DNA from: Octopus vulgaris
Lineage: Eukaryota
Direction of reading: 5' to 3'
Assembly: GCA_951406725.2 (NCBI GenBank)
Contig: OX597815.1
Coordinates: forward strand, 92,504,001 to 92,568,000
DNA length: 64,000 nucleotides
Shown piece after piece: positions 39,420 through 53,690 of the stretch. The notes beneath the pieces are model-generated. The model searched no databases, was not told the DNA's origin, and saw only the letters and a program-made list of their open reading frames with translations. Positions within the stretch are counted from its first letter, which is position 1, and the number at the start of each line of letters is the position of its first letter. Made by a program: the position numbers and the translations under genes.

Positions 39420-39620
39420 TTGTTATGTAGCCCCAGGTCATCTATGACCAAGCAGACCAGGCATTATGTGGTTATGTAGGCCTAGAGCAGCTCTGACTGA
39501 ATAAATCTAACTGGCTGTGTATTGTTATGTATCTTCAGGTCAGTTTTGATAAATACCAGACCTAACTGGTATTATGTTATTGTGTTGCTTCAGGTCAGTT
39601 CTGAACAAGCAGATCTAACT
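39420..39620 (+). repeat. Four tandem ~50-55-bp copies of the family A end
   Basis: gttatgtagccccaggtca...gcagacc(t) repeated four times with divergence. Confidence 0.6.
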
Positions 39621-39974
39621 AGCTGTTACATTTCAGTTTTGGTCTATAGTTGGAACCACTTTCAACTTGTGAACTTTAGAAAAACCCGAGTGTCACACTT
39701 TAACATTTTTCTCCATAAATTTTCCCAGGAAGTTATCAGTAAAATACTTCTTAGTGTAGATAAGATTTGTTTGCATTCGCCTTCTCCAATATCTCCTGTA
39801 TTTCAGGAAATTCCATTCTATAAGCAATTACTATAATTGTTGTTATTGCTATGATATGATTGTAAGTTCTCAGTTTCAATTTCTTCTTGAGACTGTTTCG
39901 CATATTTCACAAATTCTATAAATCTTCAACTTCATGTCTATGATGAAGGTGATCCTTATTATTGTTTTTATTCT

Positions 39975-40192
39975 AAGGTGGTGAGCTTGCACCACTTTAG
40001 AATTGTTAGCATGCTGGGCAAAATGCTTATTGACATTTCATCCATTTTTATGTTCTGAGTTCAAATTCTGCAATGGTTGACTTCCTTTTATCCTTTCAGG
40101 GTTGATAAAATAAGTACCAGTTGAACACTGGGGTTGATGTAATAAACTTACCCCTCCCCTGAAATTCCTGGCCTCATGCCAAAATTTGAAAC
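39975..40192 (+). mobile_element. MetaSINE-like element
   Basis: Box B-like gagttcaaattc followed by ccttttatcctttcagggttgataaaataagtacca, which resembles the Meta domain as recalled. Confidence 0.65.
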
Positions 40193-43100
40193 TGTTTGTA
40201 TGTTTGTCCTCAGTTTTTTATATAGTAAGATGTGTTATAAGAGACAGTTGGGTGCTATTTCTAGCATATTGAGTGACTACGTAGAAGCTCTATCATTGGC
40301 TCAATGCTCTTTTGTTGACTCATTGTTTGCCAGTTACGAAAGTGGTCACTTGATCTGCTAGAAATAGCTGTCAAATCTTTTACAATTACAATCCAGTGCT
40401 TTAAAAAATACATTAGATTTTTGTCATCTTAGATATACCATGTCTGTATAAATTATAAAAGTCACAGTTGGAACCCTGTGATCTGAAATATACTGGATCA
40501 AGGTTGATCAAGCCTAAACAAGCAATAAATTTCTGAGACATTTATTTTTTATTTTTGACTTATTTTGAAGAAGTATGGGAGCACACATCACCCTTAACAG
40601 AGTTTTCAAGACTGGTGAGAGAAAAGGAGGAAGTTACTCTTTAACAGTGACATATCTTCTGATAAAGGTACCTGAGGATCAAGTGAACTTGTTTAACTGA
40701 GTAATAGATTTAGTCTACCTACCACAAATAAGAATGGTTCTTCAAATTGGCTCCTGCATATTCTCCATCTACTAAATTTTACTCACAAGACTTTGGTCAA
40801 CTTGTGATTATGTTAGGAGATATCCAATTTGAATTTTATCTGATTTGAACTTTCAAATTGTGAAATATTATACAATATTCTATCAACAATGATGCTAATG
40901 CAAATGTACCAGACCACAATGGCTATTATTATTTTATAGGATATAGTACTAACATAATACTTTACTATTTCAGCTTCAAGTTCCACAGGGTTTTAAATTG
41001 ACTCAAGTAAGTCCCTGTAATACACTAGTAATATCGTGGAGTCATTTCAGTCGATGATACTCAGTTATCCTAGAATAAAGGGCCTTCCTTCTAACTAGTT
41101 GAAATCCTCAGAACTTATTGTTGTAAATTTTTCTTTATTAGTCATGTTTCACCATCATAGAGAATTTTTTCATGTGTAGTTCACATCCTGTCTTTTCAAT
41201 ACAGCAAAGATGCAAGTTTTTAAAATCTCATTTGGATATTAAGGAACCTGATGACACTCTTATGTTTTAGTTGCAATTGATTTGTTTGTTAGAAGTAATG
41301 CCCAACAGTCAAAAGATAGTTATTGTCCATGGGTCATTTGTGTGAATTATTGAAATTTAAATTCTGTTAAGTTTAAGATGTATTGCATTCATGTTGTTAT
41401 ACCCGAAATGTTTTTACTTTTGCAAGTGCTTTTGTCTGCCATATTTTCCTTTACTTTGAAAGGGAGAGCTTTGTTTGCTAGTCATTAGTTTATCTCAGGA
41501 TGTATAAAACACTAACCTAACCTATTTTTTTTACTTGAACTTGAGAAATTTATTTAATCTAATCATTGCTAATTAGGAACTACTTTAGAAAGGTGATTTT
41601 CTGACATATGGTCTAGTCTATAGGTAACATGGCAATGTGTTTGTTATCTATAAATATATGTTTTGATATAACCTTCTAAAATTGCATCCAGAAAACTCAT
41701 TTAAATATCAAAATATACCACTTTATTTATTATAAATGTTAATTAAATATCAATAGCTGCTGTAGGATTACTACCATCCATCTGGTATAAATATAAAGGA
41801 TTATTCAGTTTAAAATACAAGGTTTGTTTGTTTACTTATTTATTTATTTTTTGCCGCTGTCCATGTTAGTGTCCAATAGAAATGATTAGTTCTAGGAAAG
41901 AGAGACAAATATAAATAGACTATGAAGTCAAGGTTTCTATTACTTAAGTGTCTACTCCTATTAATCATGTTTATACATGAAGATATGTTTTAAGGGAAAT
42001 TTAGTTGCTTTTTTTCTTGGAGGGTGAGCAACCACATACAGGTGCCCTCTTAATCTGCCTTGAGCTTCAAAGTTTTATCTAGCTATACTTTATCTCAGTG
42101 TATCCTATTATAGCAAGTCTTAATTCTTTAAAATTACATATTAAAAATAAAAAATCATATTTAGCTGTTTTTTTCTTCTTCTCATTTATAAGTATTTCAT
42201 TATTTCTTCATCTAAATTAGTTTTCATTTCACTCTACAAATATCTATATGCTGATGATGTGTTTGTATGATTACATGATATGTAGTTCTGATTGTCCACT
42301 TTGATTGATTGTCTATAAATATTATAATGTTTCTCTCATCCTATTGTTGTTGATGTTTCCATATGTATTTCTCATGTCATTTTAATTGTTGCACTCAGTA
42401 ATGCTTTTTTTTTTTGTATTTTCACGTTTGACATTCTTCTGGTGTAAACAGACAAGTGTGTCCATTATTTGCTGTTTGTGAGGAAATTGTACTGGATCTT
42501 CAACAATATACATAGCACTTGATCATGTACAATTTCTCTGCAGTTGTAAATGCAGCAGATAATAATCACCTGCTTGATTATATTATGGCTGCTTCTTCTA
42601 GTTTCACACTGTTGTGTAGCTGATAGATACTACTGCAGCAGCAGCAGCAGCGGTAGCAGTAGCAGCAGTAGTAGCAGCTAGTGTATGGAAATAGTGAGCC
42701 TATTTAACTTTCTGCTGCTACTCTACAGATTGCCACAAACAGACAGTCTCATATTCTTAAGCTGCCATATAGAAATGCTTGCTATATCATAGTGGACATT
42801 TCTGAACATCATTGATATCTTGGTCTTCACGCAAAATGTGCCATTCTTGTGTATTTCAACCATTCCACAGATGAGAGTCAGAAATGGCATCAAGTAATAT
42901 TTTCCACAATATTAGTTAGTGTTTTGTGTACTGTCATGTAGCGTTTCTTCCTTGTTCTGTATTTTTGTTAATTATCTTCTTATCACTTTTAAACTAAAAT
43001 GGTACATTTTAGAAAATAAAATTGCTAGAGAAATGTATTGTTCTAAAGAGAAAAGATTACTTAGAAATGGTTTATTTTTCATATGTTCTTAACTTGACTC

Positions 43101-46100
43101 TGCCATATAAAGATTTCACAGAAAATAGTATATATTTTCTCAAAAGAGAATATTTAAAAACATTAATTTGACAGTGTATTTTGTTCACTCTTCCTGATAA
43201 AATTAACATCTTTGTTATTGTTATTTCATGTTTTATTAGATACAAATTGTATTAGTTACAAATTGCTGCTGATCTTGTACAGTCTGTTATTTAATGTATG
43301 CTAATGTTGTATAAAGGTACCACTGAATGGCATTGAACTTTGGTATATTGGGAGGAGAATGTGACAATGGTGAAGAAATAAACACGAGAGGCATAGTGGA
43401 ATATTAGAAAAAAAACCCCTATGTGTGAATTACCTGTAATAGGTAAATGTTAGTACTACAGTTAATCTTTTGCAGATTTACACAGATGGCTGTGTGTGTT
43501 TTAGTGTACAGTTGTATTTATACACACACATACTGACACACACACACATGCATGCACACACACACACACACACATGTTTATTGACATACACCTAAGTAAT
43601 CATTAGTTATAGATTATTATTATTAAATATTGTATCAGATTACTAGATAATATATAAAGATATTGTAGTGTATACTTGCTTGTACTGTTTGTTACATCAT
43701 ATTACAGTGTTTACACTATAAAATAACCATATTGGTAATGCTATATCTGATTTTTTTTTATCTCATCAGTTATAAACCTTTAATATTTGTCTGGAAATAT
43801 CAATTCATTTATTATAATTTTACTTTTTTTTTTCTGAGATTTCATTACTTGATACTTCTATCACATTCCAACACAGAATACAAGCTAATGAGGGAGACTT
43901 ACATGTTAGAAATAGTAACAGATCTCCCTCTTACTATCATAAAAAGAGATGGATTCATTGGTTAACATAGTCAGGAATATAGTATGCCTGAAAAAAAAAA
44001 GAGGTGGATGGTCATTGTTGGATTACCTTTGATTATAGGTCTCTGCTCAGTCAAGGGTGACTAGGTCTAAATATCAATAATGCAAATTATACATTTTCAT
44101 TCTTCTTTGTGAAATAAGTTATGGGAATATAGAAATTAAAATGAAACTTCCTTTGCTGTAAAATATATTTGAAGTTCTCTCTAAATATGTTTATTTCATT
44201 AGCTAGCAGTGAAAGCATTCCTACATATGTCCATTTTAGTTGTTGCCCTGATAAGTTTTAGGAACGACAACCATGCAGTGTTTAAAAGATGTAATTTATG
44301 TTATTGTCACACAGAGATTCTGAATCTCTTTGTTAGATGGCATATGCTAAGTTGACATCACAAGACCAATTCCTGTTGTCACAACTACCAAAACTGTTTT
44401 CTCTGATGAGCTTAAATATGTCATTCGTTAAGACTGTTTTAGAATAGAATATGTTCAGTAGGGAATTATTTATTGATTTCACTGTAAATTTACAGTGGTT
44501 TTTGCAGCCTGCCTATGAAAACACAAACATACCACCTGGCACAATGTAACCTTTAATTAAATAAGGTGTCATTTATTTTAATATGTAAATTTTACCTTGG
44601 ATTAGTACATAGTAGTAATTTAAAACTACACCCACACACACATAAACATCTCACTGTCCACCTTCAGTGAGTTTACTACTACTATATTATAAATGGTCTC
44701 AATTCCATTATTGTTGATGACTTTATTATAATGTGTGTTTCTATGTATTTCACATCATAAATACACATTCACATGCACAAACACTCACGCAGACATACAC
44801 ACACACACACACACACACATAAACAGCAACAACAACATCTAGTTCAATGCAATTCAGAATTGTAGGTTCACTTTAAAGGAGTCCATTCAGTTCTATAATT
44901 GATTTTTTTTTTGAGTGACAAAAGGTGTGTAGAAGGGGAAATAGTTGGTAAAAATCAATATCAAGTATATTAATTATACTTATTATGTTGTCTCCAGAAC
45001 TTGATGCCAGCAGAATTTGAACTTGCAACAAAGAGATATCAAATGCGACAGTAAAGTGTTGGCTTCAGTACCCTACTGACCTAAATTGATTTATAAGTAA
45101 AATATAAAAAAGATTGTTTTGCTTAAAAGCATGTAAAATGTCTTTTGAGGGAAATTTATCATAACGATGTCTGAGGCTGCCTAAACAGTATTTAGTATTT
45201 AAGTATAATTGGATATGTTTACCATGAGCAATATCACTGAGGTAGATACATGAGCATTACTTTGGTACCTATGTGTAACTTGCTGTCTAAATTTTACAAA
45301 GCTGTATGCTCAATAGTACCTTAAACATTAAATATTTTTTCTGTGTTTTTTTTTCTATCCCATAAAGGTCTTTGCCTGAAATGCCATATGGATATATTAA
45401 ACTTTGAAACATCATATGAACTGTTTCACTGTTTCTTGATACAGTTGATAATCTTGTTGCACTTATTTGGGTTTCAATTGCACCATCTATCATGATCTTG
45501 CATTGTCTGGTAGGTCAGTATGGCATCATCCTGTGTTTGCACAATATAATTTTTATTGGATAGTTGACTTAAGTATGTCCAAGTTGTAATGTCCATAAAG
45601 AGTGCATCAATTAGTTTTTCCATTGCCCTCCAGCAATGTGCTCTGATGATATCAATGATTTACAATTTTTTCTATTGATGTGATGTTGCTCCTAAAGTAT
45701 GCAAAGGAGCTCACAGATTTTAGGAGATTTTGTTTAATTGTTCTCATTGAGCCCTTGTGATTGAAATAGATGTATTCAGTCTTTGAAGTATTACGATAAA
45801 AGATGATGATGATGACGACGACGAACTAGCATACCAATATATTTTTTATTTCTCAGTTGTGCATGACTAATTGCCTTTAAATCAAGTTTTTAAGCTGGTT
45901 AATATAAAACAAAAAGCAGGAAAAATACATTGGTGAAAATTAGCTCGACTGTTGTAGTTTAATACCAGTTCACTTGTTCTGGGTGATCTCCCATCAAAGG
46001 TGTTCCAACTGTTCTGTTTTTTTTCAGTCAGGTGTATCTAGCCCTACATCATCCAATGTGCCATTCTATTTTAAGGCAGTAGGACATGATTTGAGGGAGA

Positions 46101-46779
46101 TTTGGCTGATATTTCTTGCAAAGCAAGCTCCTGTATAGAAGTCTCTTAACTTTTGTTGTTTTTGGCAGTTTGATAGACTGTACAGAAATTTTGGCACTTT
46201 CTATTGAGAGAGAGAACAGGAATGATAATGAATAGTGTCTGAGAACATTAAAGAATAAAGGCCAAAAGAGTTGACAATCTATGAAGGAACTGAAGTTTAG
46301 ACACAAAGTTGTGTTAATCTTTCTTTTACATCATCATTGGTAAAGGGAGAAGATAGTTAGGTTTCAGCACTTCTTTGGAATTAATTTCCTACCAAGATCA
46401 ATTTATTTTGCAACTCTTTGGCCTATTTACTAATAATATAAGAGAAAATTTTCTTACAAAAAACAGGCCTTATTGGTAGTTATAGTATAAACTACTATCA
46501 AATAATTTAAAAGAAGTAAAGTGACAGAAAGTGTGGGCAGCTGGCTTAGCTGTTTGTGGTATTTAGTTATGTTTTAGTTCTTGTAGGTTGGACTTTGGCC
46601 TCCATTATCATATATCAATAAAATAATTTTTTTCTTGTTATTCTTCTTTTGTTCTTATTAATGTAGCCCCCTTTCTTTTTTTTTAATTCCTGTTTTATTT
46701 TTACTAATGTAGCCCCCTTTAACAAAATTTTTTCCATACCTTTTTTTCTTCAGTGGTGGGCATATCATACTGCCCAACT

Positions 46780-49440
46780 TTAACACCACAACCAACCCTT
46801 GGATATCCTTATCAGGGTTCACTTGTTGCAAGCATCTGATCAGGTGTCTGGATCAAAGATTTCCATGACCTATCCAAGCACCCTCTATGCTTCCCTATAA
46901 CACCCAAAAAATAAGCATATGTCCATTGGACTATTCTCCTTCTTCTTAAACATCTGAGGTCTTCTGTCTAACCTAGGTCTCACACCCCACTACTTACCCT
47001 CAAAACAGATCACACATCATGTTTCTCCTGAGGCACAACTTTCTTAACTCCTATTCACAACCCATCTTCACTGCCCAGGATATACTCTCTACTTAAATTT
47101 CTTTCTGAAAGGTAGTGTCTGCACATGCATAGACTCCACTCTCCTTGTCTTTCACCTATATCACCTAGGTTCAGCAACAGTAACTTCCAGTTACTCTAGC
47201 TCAACATCTCACTTCCTCATTCCCCCAAATACATCTGTTCCCTGTATTGTTCTCTGAAGTTCTTAGACTACCAGCTACTCTGACTATTGCACCTTCTACA
47301 TTGAGAACATATATTTTGCCTTTCCCTTTCATCATCCTTGTTAACTCCTCGTAAATTTCACACTCATGACTGGTGTAGAAGCAAAATCCTGTGTTGTTCT
47401 TAACTTTTTACACTATCTTGTTTCATTCCCTCTTTACATTCCTGACCATTGCTTAGAAACTACAAACATCCTTGACCTCTTTTATTAGGCATAACAGTCT
47501 CTGCATCCATAGGGTCATCCAGCCACTACTTTATCTCAACTGCTCAGCACACAACCACATACCACACACCACACAACATTCTATTTACCTTGGACCTTAT
47601 GGCACTTCAAACCAGCCAATTGGTCAACTCCACTGGTTTTATGCTACTTATCCCTGGCAGCACACAGGTTCACTCCTGATCCTTCAGAAACAGTTATATT
47701 GGTAACTAAAACTATCCTTTTAACCATGTTCCTTCACATTCCCCACACAAGAAACCTGGATGGTGTTCACTCAGCAGTGCAACTCTTGTAACTCTGGTAT
47801 GCTACTGATGCCCTGATCCTTTTGGTTCCTTGTCAAAAAGATTTACACCAACTCTGTTTACCTCTCCTTCTATATAAGGATACTTCGTAAGCAGTACCCT
47901 AATGGAGAAAGCCTCTACCTTTGCCATCTGTTTTGTTTCCAACTTCACATCCTTGGCCAATGCTCTTCAAATCTTTCCACTTCTGTTTCAATAGGCTTCT
48001 CACACAGCTTATACATATGTCAAGTGCAGAAATGCCTCTAGCTACTTCAAACAAACAAAGCCACCTGTCCTGACAATGCCCTTTCCATTACATTTAAACA
48101 ATGTGCCCCAGAACTTGCTCCAAACTTACCAAACTCTTTAATTTTTCTTGCTCTTTACTGGATTATACCTTGACATTTGGAAGCATGCTTCAGTGAGTCC
48201 TGTTCTAAAGTAAACAACCCCTCCAACCTAGTTAACTATTGCCTTATTGCTCTCACTTCTAATATCTCCAAGATAATGGAAACAATCATTAACAATGATT
48301 TTCTCCATCTCCTCTCTCTCTCTGTCTCTCTCTCTCTCTCTCTTCAGTCACTATCAGTATAGTTTCTGTAGAGCCAGATCCACTGGAGACCTATTCTCTT
48401 ATTTCACTCACCAGTGGACTGTTCTTCTAAAGAAGTTTGGCAAAAGCGGTGTTGTTACTCTAGTTATCAGCAAAGCTTTTGGAAATGTCTGGCATGTAAA
48501 CTTTCTATCAAAAATTTCCACCCATGGGCTCCAACCATTTCTTATCTCTTGGATTGGTAACTTTCTATCACATCATGCCATTTAGCATGTACTGAATTAA
48601 CTCTTCCCACCTCACTCTCAACTCTAATGTTCCCAAGGGTTTGGTTATGTCCCCTACTCTCTTCCTTCTGTGCAACTCGCTGCCACATTTAACAATACCT
48701 ACTCTTATGCAGTTAACACAACCCTTTATTCCTTCCTAATCTTTCCTAACCATGCATCATTCACACACAAACTAGACACAATATGCCAAACCTGCATTGA
48801 TTCCATTAATGGAGACTTTAAGAGCATTTTTCAGTGGGGTCAGGTGACCTTGTCTCCTTTAACAGCAAAAAAACTTGAGTAATACTTATTGAGAAAACAC
48901 TACTGCCTCACCCCTCCCTCTAAATGTAAGTGGTACTTAGCTTGAGCTCTTATCGCCATCACAAATGCTAGGCCTTACTTTCACAAAAGATGTCTCCTAG
49001 CAAAAGCATGTTTTTAGCCTAGCTAGGATTCCAAAGACTAGCCTTTTTCGCTTTAGGGCCAGAAGATATTTTAGCCCTCAACAGCTGCTGACATTCTAGA
49101 AGGCTCACAATAAAGTACTGTACTCACATCTGGGAGGGTGTCACTGCTGGGAGGACATCCTGGATCATATCCTGAGAAGGGATACTTGACTGACTGGCAT
49201 TCTATTACTAACAGATACATTGGTGTGTTGTCTTTTCTCAGAGCTCACTGGTCTCATACCTTCACTACTTCGACAGCCTCAACCCACTCTTCTTTCCACT
49301 TCTTGTCTACTTTGGTGTGTTCTGCATGAACCACAGTGCTTAACTCTTCATCCCTAGAACATTGAGAATCTCTTGCAACAGTTTAAATGGAGCATCAATA
49401 GAATCAATCTTGTCAGTCTTGGTGGACCTGCAATGCTCAA
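46780..49440 (+). mobile_element. Old degenerate CR1/Zenon-like LINE
   Basis: NYCLIALTSNISKIME, QYSFCRARSTGDL, VISKAFGNVWH, gttcccaaggg (VPQG-like); many stops; boundaries approximate. Confidence 0.7.
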
Positions 49441-51474
49441 AGGTTCTACTCCTTTCTATAGACTCAGAAGTTAAAAAAAAAATAGTAGCAGTAATATATC
49501 AGAGATAAATTCAACTATCCTTGTGTGAAAATTAAAATCAGTATATTTAGAAAATTATATTTTGTTGTTATAAAGTCCTTTCCTTTATTTCTTTCTCTTT
49601 ATAAATAAAATATAGTCACATGTTTACAAAAGCCTCTCCTACTGTCAGATTTTGTCTTCATCTAGGCAAAATTTACAAATGCTCTTTACACACACACCCA
49701 CAGCTGTTAAGTTAGTGCTTCATAGTCACATGCTTTCAAGTGTTCCATACACACATACATAGTATTAAGTTACTGTTTACAGTTATCTAACATCTTCACA
49801 GAATGACCATTTTGTTTCTGTAGTTCAAACCAAACACTTATCTTAATGTGTCAGTTAACATTAGTATTGATTATTTTGCCATCATAATTCTTCTACTTTG
49901 TATCTTAAGCCTATCACTTACTGATAATATTAATGAAATGAAGTTAAATTGTTAAAATATTCAGTGAAAATTGTCAACATCTCTCTACTATTCTCCTATT
50001 AAGCAATATATTTATATATATGTCTAAAAATAGAATAGTTAGTTGGAGACTTGCTTTACTTATGCAATTCATAGCCAAAACCTGTTTGGGATGACTTAAT
50101 TTTTCTTGTATTCTTTTAGAGCTAATAAATTAAGACGCTAATTGAAGTTGGTCAACAATTTCTTCTAAATAAGGGTTTTCTACCAAAGAAATAATTGAAA
50201 ATTTTGATAGATCTAATAATGCATTATATATTTAATTTTAATAAGTCTATTATAATGTTTTATATATTTCTTCCTTTGTCTAGAATCTCTATACTTTAAG
50301 AATATAGTTAATTGAATGAATCTAAGAAATTTAGCACAAAGCCAACTCAACATAATTTGAACTGAAAACATAAAGGATTAAGACTATAATTCAGTGAAAG
50401 AGATTTAGTATAGAATTCCACTGTAATTTACCCTATCTACCAACACACCATCTTAATGAGATTTAATATCAGAGATTAGGCACTCTTCAGCAAAATCCCT
50501 ACTTTCTCATTTTTAACTTTTCTTTTGGATACAAGCCACCGATGCTTGTGATGTCTTTATTTACTTAGTAGCTATTGTTTGCTATTAGGTCAACTCTGGT
50601 CAAGTAGGCCTGTGTATGTTTACGGGGGGGTGGGTGGGTGTTTCCAGCAATGACCTTGTCTTTTCTTCAGACAACTTGTATCTAAGACTACATTATCCAA
50701 CAATGTGCCCTTCCCTTTTTAAGATTGTAGAGTGTGATCTGCGGGAGATTTGGCTGCTATATTTAGCAGATCAGGCGACCATATAGAAGCTTTTTTGTTG
50801 GATGTTATTTACTTGGTAGGTTGAGATGATTAACACCCCTTTGATTTGCAGTATTTTTTAATTTTTATTCTGGCACTAAAAGTAACAGCAATAACAACAA
50901 CAAAATTGCTGTTTTCATCCTGCAAAGTTTAATTACTGTTAAAGACCAGCCAGTTGTGAAATGTGATACAAGAAATTTCAAAGTCTCAGTTTTCCCCAAC
51001 TTTCTAACTTTAAAGAGATTCTTCTTTACAAAAATATATAATCATCCTTCAGCAAAGTGACTGCATAGAAATTCTTTTTATATTATTATTATTAAAGAAT
51101 TTTTACAGTTTAGAAGATGAATGATAGAACAGCACAATATTAAGGCAAAATTGAAATCTCGCCTTAATACTTTGCTTTGTTGTTAATCAAATTTATAACA
51201 CTAGCATTTCAAGTTCAATATAGAAGTTTAAACTGAACCTTTATGTGTAAGAAACTGGTGATATTTTGTGTAAAGCTTCAGTTTATATTCTAATTTCAAC
51301 AAATATTCTGAGCCATTTTAGTTAGTTTCTCACTCTCTTGAATTGAGTGGCTGAAAAGTAAGAGTAACATTGAGGGTTGGTACTAGGGTGAAATGATTTA
51401 ATTTGGTTTATTGGGTGGGTAAGTTATCTAGGTTGTTGAAAGAACTATATTGAAAATGTCTTAGCAACTTTATC

Positions 51475-51790
51475 TTTTATTGTTTAATTGTTTTAGTCTG
51501 CCCAGCAGTCTGCAGCCACACTAGGGCACCACCTTGAAGGGTTTTAGTTGAACAAATTGACTCCAGTACTTACGTTTTTTTTTTTTTAAGACTGGTGCTT
51601 ATTCTTTCAGTCTCCTTTTCAGAACTACTAAGTTATAAGGACATAAACAAACCAATGATGGTTGTCAGGTTGTGGCAGAGTGGTGACAAACAGACATAAA
51701 AACACACTGAAATATATATATATGGACTTCTGCACAGCTACCATCTACCAAATTCACTGACAAGGCATTGGTTGGCCTGGAACAATAAAT
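51475..51790 (-). mobile_element. CORE-type SINE, interrupted by the adjacent LINE
   Basis: Reverse complement of the 22441-family tail and body. Confidence 0.6.
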
Positions 51791-53649
51791 GCATTTGAGG
51801 TGTACAAAACTCAACGAGACCGAGCCGTGAAAATTGAAAAGAAAGAACGCTTCAGTTACGAATACAAAATCGCGGCAAATGCCAGTAGCAATCCAAAAAC
51901 CTTCTTTGCCCATGTCCAGCGGAATTCCCGCTTGAACAACCAGATTGCAACGTTGGTAGACTCAACAGGCGTATCGATTGAGGACCCTTATCAACAGAGT
52001 CAATTATTTGCCAAGGCTTTTTCAACTATTTTCAAACAAGATGATGGTCGTGAACCCCCTCCATTTGATAGATCAGTACCTCCAATGCTTCGATTGGTCA
52101 TCACGCGGGACGAAGTCAAACGTGTTATTCAAGGCCTCGATGTCAACAAAGGTCATGGCCCTGACGGCATACACCCACGGGTTATCAAAGCATTGACTAT
52201 TCAATATGTCATTGGTGACGGGTGTTATACCTGCTGACTGGAGAACAGCGATAATCTGCCCAATTTTCAAGAAAGGGAGCCGCAAAGACCCGCTTAACTA
52301 CCGACCGGTTTCCCTTACATCAATTATCAGCAAGATGTTCGAAACCATCCTTAAGAAAAGTATGATGCTCCACCTCCTAAACATAGCCTCTATCTCTGAT
52401 TCCCAACACGGCTTCGTGCCGAAGAGATCATGCTTGACCAACCTACTAGTAATGGAAGAATTGGTGACGCGCATCCTCGATGATAGTGATGCTGTTGACA
52501 TCGTTTTACTGGACTTTGCCAAAGCTTTTGACTCGGTAAACCACCGCCTATTGCTTGTCAAGCTTCAAGCATATAGTTTCCATCCGGATATTGTACGATG
52601 GGTTGGTGCCTTCCTCTCAGATCGCTCCTTCCAAGTCCAAGTTAATGGTTCGCGGTCCGATGTCTCCAGTGCGAGCAGTGGCGTGCCTCAAGGTTCAGTG
52701 CTTGGGCCCTTGTTGTTCTTAGTCTTCATAAATGACTTGCCCGACGACCTCACGCAACACACCCTTCAATTTTCCGACGATATCAAACTGGTCGCTCCTC
52801 GCGGTAATATAGAGGATCTTCGTCGATGCCTCCATCAAATTTGGAAGTGGTCTAACAATTGGGACCTGTGTCTGAATGTGTCAAAGTGCTGTCATCTGCC
52901 TGTCGGCTCTACTCCTGCAACTCAACTTGATTTCGAGCCGGGTCGTCTGCTGCTGGAGAGGACCGATCAGGTAAAGGACCTAGATATCTTGGTGGATTCC
53001 TCCTTTTCGCCTTCGGCCCAGTGCGTCCATGCTGCCAACAAAGCACGCGGAATTCTTGATTCGACGGTCATTCGGAATGCTCACAGCAGCCATATTCCTA
53101 CCACTCTATGTCACGCTGGTGAGACCCATATTGGAGTATGGGATTCAAGCCTCTTCTCCTTATCTCCTCAAAGACATACAGCATCTCGAAAGAGTCCAGA
53201 AGCTGGCTACCCGCATGGTTCATGGTCTCAAAAATTTGTCCTACGAAGAAAGGCTGAGGACGCTTGACCTTTATTCTCTTGAAAAACGCCGCCGTGGTGA
53301 TCTCATTCTCGCCCACAACATCATAAGCGGAAAGTGTAACCTCTCGAAAGAGCTGTTCTTCACTCCTGCTCCAGAGCGTCGGCTGCGGGGTCATTCCGAA
53401 AAGCTCTACCTGCGACGATTTCATCTCAATCGAAGGAGAGGAGCTTTCTTTGTCTGGGTTGCAGATCCGTGGAACAAGCTGCCAGACGAGATGGTGAAGA
53501 TGCCGACGACCGCTTTGTTCAAAGCCTCCCTTGACCTCAAGTGGCCTGAACTCTTTACATGAACACCACCCTGTACTTAACTCCATGTCCCCCTACATGG
53601 CCTTGCTATTTGCTTTTGAGCCAAATTAACTAACTAACTAACTAACTAA
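51791..53649 (+). mobile_element. Young CR1-group LINE, 5'-truncated, (TAAC)n tail
   Basis: NPKTFF, GPDGIHP, NYRPVSLTS, QHGFVPKRSCLTNLL, LDFAKAFDSV, GVPQGSVLGPLLF, FSDD, VRPILEYG, LERVQK, LRGH; frameshifts near 52196 and 53055. Confidence 0.93.
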
Positions 53650-53690
53650 ACCTATGGTTAGTGCTAGAACACATTTCACCACAGGTTTGC

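Noticed and set aside
42630-42680. CAG/TAG run as a polyQ or polyS exon
   Set aside because: No flanking open frame or splice context
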